In this document: piece after piece, positions 20,606 through 29,304 of the stretch
Position numbering within the stretch: the first letter of the stretch is position 1
Layout of the letters: the number at the start of each line of letters is the position of its first letter
Assembly (NCBI GenBank): GCA_964561545.1
Contig: CAZLQF010000003.1
Coordinates: forward strand, 74,775-138,774
DNA length: 64,000 nucleotides
DNA from: an uncultured Sphingobacteriales bacterium
Lineage (GTDB): Bacteria; Bacteroidota; Bacteroidia; CAILMK01; CAYYUA01
Direction: 5' to 3'
The notes under the pieces: model-generated
The model's input: only the letters and a program-made list of their open reading frames with translations
Databases searched by the model: none
What the model was told of the DNA's origin: nothing
Program-made: the position numbers and the translations under genes

Positions 20606-21915
20606 AAGCCGAGTCTTTCCGAGAGGGTTGAAGTAAATTTTCCATGGGGATCATATTGGCTTTTAATCTCCTTGAACCTGTTTAATTCAGGATAAGAGGC
20701 TGAAAACACGGATTCAGGCATTCGGGCATCTTTGGCGAGGTAGATCCTACCATCGTATTTAAGCACCAACTTGTCCAATTCCTTTAAAAAAGCAAGCACT
20801 TCATCATTGACCGGGAAATCCAAGGCCAAGGTATAACCTTCTGTTGGAAATGAAAGCAATCCGTCCTGCGGGCCGAACAATTTTAAAACCGTCAAAAAGG
20901 ACGCCAGCCCCTTCTTGACAATTTTTTCCAGAATCACCGGAATGCCTTCATAGCTTTCTTTAAGGGGCAGTACGAATTGATACTGGACAAAACCTCGCTT
21001 GCCATACATCCGGTTCCAGTGTTTGATCTTGTCCAGAGGATAAAAAAAGGGGTTTAGCGAGGTAAGAGTTGATTGATTATGAGCAGCTCGATGGTAATAA
21101 AGGAAATTAAAAGACCGGATGCTTAGGTCATTTAACACAAATGCCGGCAAGTAAAAAGGCATGTTGATGGACTTACCTTCAATGGGGGATTGAGTGCTGG
21201 AAAGAGGGCTAACCTCATCTTTTGTAGCATGTTCCCCAACTGAAAGGACGCTTCTCCCAAATTGCTTGCCTTTGGCAAGGCAATCCAGCCAGGCTACCGA
21301 ATAGGTGTAATCCTTGGTTTCATCAAATAGCTTGAAGATTTGGTCCAGGTTGTTGGCCTTGTAGGTGGTTGCTTTAATAAAAGGCGTTTCTACTGGTTTA
21401 AGTTGAAAAGTAGCTTCCAGGATTAATCCTGTTAGGCCCATTCCTCCACATGTGGCCTGGAATAATTGCTGATTATGCTCAGGACCACAGTTGACCAATG
21501 ATCCATCAGCCAAAAGAAGCTTAATATTCTGCACATGATCGCCAAAAGTTCCTTCTTTGTGATGGTTTTTTCCGTGAACATCCGAAGCAATGGCTCCGCC
21601 TATCGTAACGTATTTAGTACCTGGTGAAACCGGCAAAAACCAGCCTTTGGGTACCAATTGCTCAATAATTTCAAGAAGACTTAAACCTGCTTCACAGGTA
21701 AGGATGCCATTTTGTTGGTCAAATGCAATAAAACGTTGGTAATGAAGGGATGATAAAACATTGGCTTGAAGCGAGGCATCGCCATAGGAACGGCCAAGCC
21801 CCCTGGGAATTAAACAATCCAGTTGATTGATTTGATGCCTGGCTTCATCCTCAAACGAAAAATCATTTACCTCAGCCTCAATGGTTGGAAAGTTGCCCCA
21901 ATTGGCGATTTGCAT
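20602..21915 (-). CDS. DprE1-like FAD-dependent oxidase (putative polyprenyl-phospho-ribose 2'-oxidase)
   Basis: 437 aa. PRGLGRSYGDASLQ, GTKYVTIGGAIASDVHGKNHHKEGTFGDHV, GGMGLTGLILEATFQL, GFVQYQFVLP, FLTVLKLFGPQDGLLSFP and RIYLAKDARM match the M. tuberculosis DprE1 blocks (GLGRSYGD, GGAIACDIHGKNHH, GGNGLTGII, LQYQFVIP, FLNVFKLFGP...LSFP, RLYTAKDSR) almost position for position. Confidence 0.85.
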   Translation of the reverse strand: MQIANWGNFPTIEAEVNDFSFEDEARHQINQLDCLIPRGLGRSYGDASLQANVLSSLHYQRFIAFDQQNGILTCEAGLSLLEIIEQLVPKGWFLPVSPGTKYVTIGGAIASDVHGKNHHKEGTFGDHVQNIKLLLADGSLVNCGPEHNQQLFQATCGGMGLTGLILEATFQLKPVETPFIKATTYKANNLDQIFKLFDETKDYTYSVAWLDCLAKGKQFGRSVLSVGEHATKDEVSPLSSTQSPIEGKSINMPFYLPAFVLNDLSIRSFNFLYYHRAAHNQSTLTSLNPFFYPLDKIKHWNRMYGKRGFVQYQFVLPLKESYEGIPVILEKIVKKGLASFLTVLKLFGPQDGLLSFPTEGYTLALDFPVNDEVLAFLKELDKLVLKYDGRIYLAKDARMPESVFSASYPELNRFKEIKSQYDPHGKFTSTLSERLGL

Positions 21916-22123
21916 TTAAAAATGGTTTGATTATGAAAGAAGAACCCATGCTCCCCAGCATTTATTCATCCAAGTCACTATTGGTTTTCATATTCTTTCA
22001 TCACAGCAAAATTGTTTTAGGACTTATATGTTCTTGGTAGTAATAAAATAAGTTGCTAAGAGGCTTGGCTGGCATCTCAATGTTTGCCTTTTCCATCATT
22101 TTCTCAATACTAAGAACTAACTA

Positions 22124-23068
22124 CTATTCCCTTAAGTCAGCCGTTTTCTTATTTTCCAGGTACCAATCGATGGTTTCCTTAAGGCCTTCTTCAAAGGTAT
22201 ATTCAGGTTGCCAATTGAACACTTCGTTCATGCGGCCAACATCCAAAACCTTTCGATGAACGCCATTGGGCATGGACGTATCCCATTCCACTTCGCCTTG
22301 GAAGCGGGTAAATTGCTGGATGGTATCTGCCAATTGTTTGATGCTGATGCCTTCACCGGTTCCGATGTTGATAGGCTTGAGGCCATGCTCAAGTTCAATA
22401 GCCCTTACAATAACTTCAGCGGCATCTTTTACGTACAGGAATTCCCGAATTGGGGAGCCATCGCCCCATAAGGTCACTTTTTCTTTTGCATCGGTAAATT
22501 TCTTGATGAGGGCAGAAAGTACATGAGAGCGATATTCGGTAAACACATCATGAGGCCCGAACAGGTTGGTAAGGATCAAATGATTGGATTCAATGCCGTA
22601 TTGCTTGTAGTATGCATTTTGCGCTACTTGTTGGATTTTTTTACTAATGCCGTATGATTCTACTGTATCATGCAAAGGGCCATCCCAAAAATTATCTTCA
22701 TTGAGATCGCCGGTCAAGTGGCCAGGATAAGCACAGGCGGAGCCAATTGGTAAAATTTTCTTAACCCCCCAGTTACCGGCTGCTTCAAAAGCATTCACCG
22801 CCATTTTGGTATTTTTCTGAAATATGGTGGCTGGTTCTGCTTTATTGATACCAATTCCTCCGTAATAAGCAGCAGAATGGATCAATACGTCAAGGGCTCC
22901 GTGGTTTTGGACCAGTTCCCGCATGTAATCATCAACCCCTTCATTGGTTTCCAGGTTGAAATCCTTGCTTCGGGGTGCAAATACTTGATACCCTTTCGTT
23001 TCTGCTTTTTCTACGATATGGCGGCCTAAAAATCCATTGCCGCCTGTTACTAATATTTTTTTAGGCAT
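22124..23068 (-). CDS. GDP-L-fucose synthase family NAD(P)-dependent epimerase/reductase (Fcl-like)
   Basis: 314 aa. ILVTGGNGFLG, NLFGPHDVF, LWGDGSPIREFLYVKD and MPNGVHRKVLDVGRM parallel E. coli Fcl (NLYGPHDNF, VWGSGTPMREFLHVDD, KPDGTPRKLLDVTRL). Confidence 0.7.
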   Translation of the reverse strand: MPKKILVTGGNGFLGRHIVEKAETKGYQVFAPRSKDFNLETNEGVDDYMRELVQNHGALDVLIHSAAYYGGIGINKAEPATIFQKNTKMAVNAFEAAGNWGVKKILPIGSACAYPGHLTGDLNEDNFWDGPLHDTVESYGISKKIQQVAQNAYYKQYGIESNHLILTNLFGPHDVFTEYRSHVLSALIKKFTDAKEKVTLWGDGSPIREFLYVKDAAEVIVRAIELEHGLKPINIGTGEGISIKQLADTIQQFTRFQGEVEWDTSMPNGVHRKVLDVGRMNEVFNWQPEYTFEEGLKETIDWYLENKKTADLRE

Positions 23069-23981
23069 TTTTCCACTCGCTTTTGATGTAAATATGTCTT
23101 AAAATCTTGATCAATTCCTGGATGCCTTCATCCATGTCTATTTTCGTTTGATAGCCCAGTTTTTTGATCTTTTCATAGCTGACCTCGTAATCCCGTTTGT
23201 CCTTGTCTTCTCCAATATCGGCTTCATGGAGGTAATAATCGATGTAGTCATTGATCTTTTGAGCCACCTCTCGCTTGGTATAGTTCATGGCTTCGTTGCC
23301 TACGTTGTAGGCGCCTCCTTTCATTTTTTCCAGGTTGTCAATGGTAAAGGGATAAACATTGGCTGCATCCCATACATGTAAAAATGTTCTCCGGAAGTGG
23401 CCTTCATAGAGAATGATCTGCCGATTGTGCAATGCCTGGTAAACGAAATCATTCACCATCAAATCTAAGCGAAGTCTTGGAGAGATGCCAAATACAGTGG
23501 CAAAACGAAGCCCAACACCTCCATAATCGGTTATCATATTTTCTGCTTCCCATTTGGTAGAGCCGTATAAGGTCAATGGATCAATGGGTGTTTCTTCCGT
23601 ACAAATACCCTCTACTTTACCATAGGTAGAACCGGTAGAGGCAAAAATAATGTCGCGGCCATCCAATAAATCGATCAAGTTTTTGGTGCCATCCACGTTG
23701 ATGGTTCTTGCCCGGTCAGGGTCGGAAGCACAAGCTGGGTAGCCAACAATGGCGGATAAGTGGATCACCATATCGCAACCCTTAATGGCCTCTTTTAATT
23801 GATTTTTATCCCGGACATCTCCGGTTATAATGGATAGGTTGGGATCAGTGGCAAAGTGAAGGATGGGTTTAACCCCCCACATGAAAGTATCAAATAAAAC
23901 TACTTCATATTTTCGTTCAAGGAGCATGGGGATCAGGGTGGATCCAATGTAGCCCGCCCCTCCGGTTACCAATATTTTCAT
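23061..23981 (-). CDS. NAD-dependent epimerase/dehydratase family protein
   Basis: 306 aa. ILVTGGAGYIGS Rossmann motif and YGSTK (YxxxK) catalytic motif. Overlaps the downstream Fcl-like gene by 8 bp, suggesting an operon. Not a canonical Gmd. Confidence 0.7.
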   Translation of the reverse strand: MKILVTGGAGYIGSTLIPMLLERKYEVVLFDTFMWGVKPILHFATDPNLSIITGDVRDKNQLKEAIKGCDMVIHLSAIVGYPACASDPDRARTINVDGTKNLIDLLDGRDIIFASTGSTYGKVEGICTEETPIDPLTLYGSTKWEAENMITDYGGVGLRFATVFGISPRLRLDLMVNDFVYQALHNRQIILYEGHFRRTFLHVWDAANVYPFTIDNLEKMKGGAYNVGNEAMNYTKREVAQKINDYIDYYLHEADIGEDKDKRDYEVSYEKIKKLGYQTKIDMDEGIQELIKILRHIYIKSEWKNA

Positions 23982-24541
23982 TGTTGATTCAAGGTTTTGT
24001 TATTGATTGATTTGGTTGTACAAATAGGCCTCGAAATTACAATTGGTTGGGGTAATTTCAAAAATTTTGCATTGAGGCGATGATTTTCTAAAGGGTTAAC
24101 CCTGCTAATTTAAAAAAGTTGTATCCTGGCCTAATTTAAAGTTGTTATTGAGCGCTTTTTTAACTGATTGATTAACATTTGATAATGGTATTCATAATTG
24201 ATAAAGCGGAAAGTGGGGGTATTTTGTTGTTGCTTAGGCTTGCTTTTTTTCGGATAGCTCATTGATATAATCCGGTTTAGGGCATTGTATGGGAGGTCCT
24301 AAATGAGTATTGAGTTATCCATTGAATCCGGTCAAACAATTGTTGGCAGTATTGTGGTTAGAATTTTGGATCTTGTTACTGTAGCTGGCATTGTTCACTA
24401 TAATTGATAGGGCAATTGGTTTACTTTGGGGCATTTTTAAAAAGCGCCTATTCGGAGAAGGACCAATAGAATTATTTCGGCTGCTTACCTGAAATAACCA
24501 CGTCCACTAAATAAAACTCGGTAAAGTAGTACCTATTGGGG

Positions 24542-25210
24542 TTATTGTAAATTATTTAAACGGTATTTCAGGTTTTCAACGATTTTGGATTGCTCCTTAA
24601 GGCTTTTACTTTCATCTTTTCGCTGTTGCTCAATTTGCTTAAGCTTTTTTTCCGAGTTTTGAATGGTAGTAGTACATTCCTCAATGGTTTCCTTATGTGC
24701 TTGGGCATTGTTCTTGAGTTCATTCATTGTTTTCTCATGTTCTTCTAAATTACTTTGGGCATCTTCAAGTATTGCTTTGGTCGCCTCCTTTGCTTTGGCT
24801 AATGCAAAATCATGAATGAGCTTTTTGGCTGCTTTGTAATTAGGATGGTCAAATGCTACATATGCATTTTCAAAAGTTTGAAAGAAAACGGTCATAGAAA
24901 CGCCTTGGTCTTGAGACGCTAACTTGGTATAGATCCATAAAGGTTCCTTGCTTATCGAGGGAATTTGTACTTCCTTCCCTGTTACTTGCTTTCTGGACTT
25001 ATTAACGTCATCGTTGTCAAAGTCTTTTAAACGCCTTTTCCATTGCCGTTTAATAGGCCTACGGTCTGCCTCAGGGATTGCTACTTTAATGCCCGGCTGG
25101 GTTCCTTTTTCCATTAATTCCCTAACGAGGGTTACTTCTATTGCTTGGCTGCTAACCAAAGATGGAAAAATAATCAACAAGGGAAGGATTGATAAAATTA
25201 TATATCGCAT
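24542..25210 (-). CDS. secreted hypothetical protein with C-terminal coiled coil
   Basis: Signal peptide. Lys/Glu-rich heptad-like C-terminal half. Confidence 0.45.
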   Translation of the reverse strand: MRYIILSILPLLIIFPSLVSSQAIEVTLVRELMEKGTQPGIKVAIPEADRRPIKRQWKRRLKDFDNDDVNKSRKQVTGKEVQIPSISKEPLWIYTKLASQDQGVSMTVFFQTFENAYVAFDHPNYKAAKKLIHDFALAKAKEATKAILEDAQSNLEEHEKTMNELKNNAQAHKETIEECTTTIQNSEKKLKQIEQQRKDESKSLKEQSKIVENLKYRLNNLQ

Positions 25211-25570
25211 GATTTTAAGATTGAAAACATAAAATTAAAATAAAAAAGTACATTGAAAACCTTTGTTGAGGTGCTTTGGGTGAATTTGAAAAGAAGCGGG
25301 ATGTCTTTATGAAGTCTATTTCTTTATGGAACTATGTTCTTTTTTAATGATTTTACTTTCCCCTTCATCCCTTTAAAAAAGGGAGTTTTTTACAGGATTG
25401 AATGGGTTGGTAACAATTTCTCTACTTGCATTTAAGGATGCAGGAACTGAATGCCGTAACCATTCTCCGCAAAAAGCGGGTCCGGTTCAGTTAGGAAAGG
25501 GCCGTAATCCTGAATTGGTGATTTTAGGATTAAAAAACGTGTTTATCCATTCTTCAATAGCCTAAAAATA

Positions 25571-26977
25571 TCAGTTAGCTAACTTGGATGAATGTTTATC
25601 AAAAGCCATAATTTCTGGGTTAGCTTTTCGCTGAATGGTTAGAAGTTGATCGGCTTTATTCCATCGGTTAGCCCGTCCCAATTGACGTGTGATTTTTCCA
25701 ATTTTTTCAAAATCAATATCAAGGGTGTTGAACTCCTTTTTTGAATTGATTTTATTCAATGCATGATCTGCACCTTTGCTAAGGGCTAAATTCACAACCT
25801 CAGGAGTGAGGGTATCTTTAAGAGGTTGATCCAGAACCTTTCGAATCTTTTTAACAAGGCGATCTTTATGGCGGCTGTTCGTGTGATTTAATGCAATGAC
25901 GGTATTGGTGTCATGAATGTCACGGACAATGCTGGTTCTGAATCCATTCCATTTACCGTGGTGGTAAACGAGCTTTTGGTCATTTTCATATTTAATGCGG
26001 AATCCAAAACCATAAGATACCGGATAGCCAGAACTTACAGTCCCACGGCTGAATGCTTCTTTCTTGAGATCAGCACTCAGAAGTTTGTTATTGTAAAGCG
26101 CTTGGTCCCATTTATAAAGGTCTTTAATGGTTGAATAAACCCCTTTATCCCCGACTATGCCATCGTTAACATTTTTTTCTATCTTCCTATACCCCCACCG
26201 GCTCCAACGGTAACCTACCAACTTGTTGGAATGGTCTTTTTTAATAGCTGTACTGTGAACAAAAGTATTTTCCATATCCAATGGTGTGAAGATGACCTGA
26301 TCCAGATACTGGTCAAACCTCTGCCCGGATACTTCTTCCACAATTGATGCCAATAATACATAGCCTGTATTTGAATAGTGAAACCTTCTTCCAGATGCAA
26401 AATAAAGGGGTAATTTGTGTTCGATTAATAAATCAATCACATCATCATTGTAGGGTGCTTGTTCTTTTTTCCACTTGTGCTCGAGTAGCCACATGTAATT
26501 GGGAAGACCGGAGGTATGGTTCAAAAGATCCCGGATGGTCATTTGAGAATAGGGGATTTTTGGGAAATAATCTATAACCTTGTCTTCAAATTCAATTTTT
26601 CCTTGCTCTTTCAGCATCATAATGGCCATGGCTGTAAATTGCTTACTTAAGGAAGCAATCTGGAATACGTGATCTTTCTTTAGCGGTTCTCCTTTTTTAA
26701 AGTTTTTGCTCCCCACTGCTTTTGAATAAATAGGGGACCCTTTGTAACTGACCAAGATGCTCCCATTAAAATCGTAATGTTGTTGAAAGTGTTTTACAAT
26801 GGAATCGATCTTTTGCGTTTTTGAATCGTAAAGGATTTTGGCAATACCATTTTCATGAGCTTGTGATAATTTTTCAGGTTTGGTGGATTTCAGCGTATCC
26901 TTGGAGTCTATGCGGCCAGTAAACGATATGCTTAACAAGAGGATAAGCAAAGGAAAATATCTATAGTGAAAATGCAT
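25571..26977 (-). CDS. serine hydrolase, beta-lactamase/PBP (class C-like) family
   Basis: Signal peptide. SxxK active-site motif (QIASLSKQF), YSN-like motif (HYSNTGY) and the HHGKWNGF region typical of AmpC-like esterases. Confidence 0.75.
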   Translation of the reverse strand: MHFHYRYFPLLILLLSISFTGRIDSKDTLKSTKPEKLSQAHENGIAKILYDSKTQKIDSIVKHFQQHYDFNGSILVSYKGSPIYSKAVGSKNFKKGEPLKKDHVFQIASLSKQFTAMAIMMLKEQGKIEFEDKVIDYFPKIPYSQMTIRDLLNHTSGLPNYMWLLEHKWKKEQAPYNDDVIDLLIEHKLPLYFASGRRFHYSNTGYVLLASIVEEVSGQRFDQYLDQVIFTPLDMENTFVHSTAIKKDHSNKLVGYRWSRWGYRKIEKNVNDGIVGDKGVYSTIKDLYKWDQALYNNKLLSADLKKEAFSRGTVSSGYPVSYGFGFRIKYENDQKLVYHHGKWNGFRTSIVRDIHDTNTVIALNHTNSRHKDRLVKKIRKVLDQPLKDTLTPEVVNLALSKGADHALNKINSKKEFNTLDIDFEKIGKITRQLGRANRWNKADQLLTIQRKANPEIMAFDKHSSKLAN

Positions 26978-27054
26978 TGTCTAATTTTAGCTTAGAAAAA
27001 GTGTATTACGTAAGCCTTGATAAAAAAGTTTTATTGTACAAAGCTATTCTTTTT

Positions 27055-29199
27055 TCAAGTGTTTTGAAAACTTGCTTTTAATTGTTGGCCTAAATTCCAG
27101 TTATAATCTATTAACACCAGGAAAACGAAAATCATAAATGGAATAGTATTGAGGGTATAAATAACACCGTAAAAATCAAAATATTGATTGACCAAATGCG
27201 TAATAATAGAAATTAGGCACAAGGCAATCCCGATCCAGTATTTTTTATGAAATAAGAAGGCGTAAACAAGGAAAAAACTGTAATAGTAACAAGTGAGCTC
27301 AAATGCTATTGGAATTAAGCCCGTGCCTAAAACAGCGGCTTCCCATGGTTTTATACGGGGTAACACCCTAATTAGTAAAGCAAGATACAATAAAATAGCT
27401 GCCCAATAAATGGATTTGAGGTCTTTGAAATTTTCCAGCCGTTGCTCTTTCCATTTTGCAAAAGGATCTGGCTTTGCTGGTTCCCTTGTTTTTTCTGCTC
27501 TATCTTGATGGCGGTATCCAAGTATGGTTTTTAAGCCCATGTGGTTGCTTAAGGGAGTTTCCAGGTGTTTTTGGCTGTTTGCGATAAAACCCTTCCAATT
27601 TTTAAACCCTTCGTTGACCCACAATGACAGAGGAATTAAAACTATGAAAGCTGCTAACAATCCTTTAAACACTTGCTGATATTGATTTTGCAGGGACCAT
27701 TGCTTTTGGTAAAAGGTGTCTGAAATGCCTTTAAGTGCTACTCCCACAAGGGTGGCTCCCGGAAAAATTCTTAAAAAAGCAGCATAAAGCAACATAAACC
27801 CACCTCCAGCATTTTTTTGCTTTTTAAGCAAACATATTCCTATTACAAGAAATACCAGCCAATTTTGTCTTAAAAATGAGCCACCGGTCCAATAAAAGTT
27901 AGCTACTAAATTGGTGCCCCAGAAAATTAAAGCCAAGCTAAATACTTCCCAGCCAAATGCCCAAGCTACAAGGATCCACATGATAATGATCAGTACGGGA
28001 TCGATTAAGGAGAGCCAGAAAATTTGGGTTTTATTGATGGATGCAGTATTAGTCAAAGTTTTGCCAGCTATGGTCCAAATAGGTGTAGCATTAAACCCAT
28101 GATCCTGATGCATTTTTTTCCACCGGTCTTCACTCATTTGATCCCTGAACCATAAAGCATCGGATTTGAATGCTTCCCACCTCTTGCCCAATTGCTCTTT
28201 AATGGCTGTCGAATCATCCAATACTTGGGTGGCAGGAATCATGCTATTATCAGATAAATCTCTGATGTGCCTCGATCTAACGCTTTTTTTATAGCCATGT
28301 TCCCAATCTGCTATAACCGAAGCATCGTAAAGGGATACATAGCCAAGATCGGGTTGGTATTTGGATCCCATGTAGTAATGAAAAAATTCCCAATAGTGGT
28401 AAAAATTGCCGTTATGAAATGTAGTCAAATTAAACCAGGCAAAACATGAGACAGTACCCAGGATGATAAACTCTGTTCCTAAATTACGGGATGCTTTGAT
28501 AGATTGCTTTTTTGATGTGAACCAATTCCAAACAAGCCAAATTAATCCGATTGTTGCCAATCCAGTCTTGACAAACCACAATCTTAAATCTTCACCTGCC
28601 TCTACCTCTTGGTTGGTGTCATTTGGAGTAGGCTCTGAACGGTCTGCGGTGTCAGGTTTCTGGCAGTAAGCTTTTAGTTCGGAGATGGAATAATTGCCGT
28701 CTCCCTTTATAGGGGTAATTAGTAAATAGCGAATGGGGGTTGTTTGATTGAGGTTGATATTTCGGGTATGAAGTCCGTATTGATTCTCTTGCTTAGGAAT
28801 TTTGGCATGTCCTTTCCAGTTATTGGTATCGGTGGCAAACTGAAATTGGTACACATCATCCGCATCGGCCTGGAGCTTAAAAGCACTAATTGGATATACT
28901 TGATGAAAGTCTATGAAAATAGCAGATTTCTTGTTTTTTAATTGGACTGCTGCGGGTAATATCCATCTTGATCCTTCGAAAGTTTGATGACCATCAACAA
29001 TTTTGGTCAATTGGCCATCGGTATTAGTCCCTTTCACGGTAGCATTTTGCGCAAGGTTTTGATGGGAACACTCAAACGTGTCTTCAATTATATCATTTGT
29101 TGTACCTTGATCAGCCACAACAGGTTTACCCACTAAAAAGCAACAAGAGAAAAGAAGAAGGTAGGTTATAATATTGGCATCCAATTGCTTCAAAACCAA
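27055..29199 (-). CDS. large polytopic membrane protein with N-terminal discoidin (F5/8 type C)-like domain
   Basis: 714 aa. Signal/anchor, a ~190 aa beta-sandwich-like N-terminal domain (GSRWI...VYPISAFKLQ...YSISELKAY), then at least 10 predicted TM helices with a large first extracytoplasmic loop containing YHYWEFFHYY. No catalytic family assigned. Confidence 0.6.
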   Translation of the reverse strand: MVLKQLDANIITYLLLFSCCFLVGKPVVADQGTTNDIIEDTFECSHQNLAQNATVKGTNTDGQLTKIVDGHQTFEGSRWILPAAVQLKNKKSAIFIDFHQVYPISAFKLQADADDVYQFQFATDTNNWKGHAKIPKQENQYGLHTRNINLNQTTPIRYLLITPIKGDGNYSISELKAYCQKPDTADRSEPTPNDTNQEVEAGEDLRLWFVKTGLATIGLIWLVWNWFTSKKQSIKASRNLGTEFIILGTVSCFAWFNLTTFHNGNFYHYWEFFHYYMGSKYQPDLGYVSLYDASVIADWEHGYKKSVRSRHIRDLSDNSMIPATQVLDDSTAIKEQLGKRWEAFKSDALWFRDQMSEDRWKKMHQDHGFNATPIWTIAGKTLTNTASINKTQIFWLSLIDPVLIIIMWILVAWAFGWEVFSLALIFWGTNLVANFYWTGGSFLRQNWLVFLVIGICLLKKQKNAGGGFMLLYAAFLRIFPGATLVGVALKGISDTFYQKQWSLQNQYQQVFKGLLAAFIVLIPLSLWVNEGFKNWKGFIANSQKHLETPLSNHMGLKTILGYRHQDRAEKTREPAKPDPFAKWKEQRLENFKDLKSIYWAAILLYLALLIRVLPRIKPWEAAVLGTGLIPIAFELTCYYYSFFLVYAFLFHKKYWIGIALCLISIITHLVNQYFDFYGVIYTLNTIPFMIFVFLVLIDYNWNLGQQLKASFQNT

Positions 29200-29304
29200 A
29201 TATTTGTTTCAAAGGTCTTAAAATTTGATTTTTGTCAAACGCAATTTTGCTTTCAAAGCCGATTCAAACGATTAAGATTGTTTAATTTTAATGAAAATTC
29301 TAAC

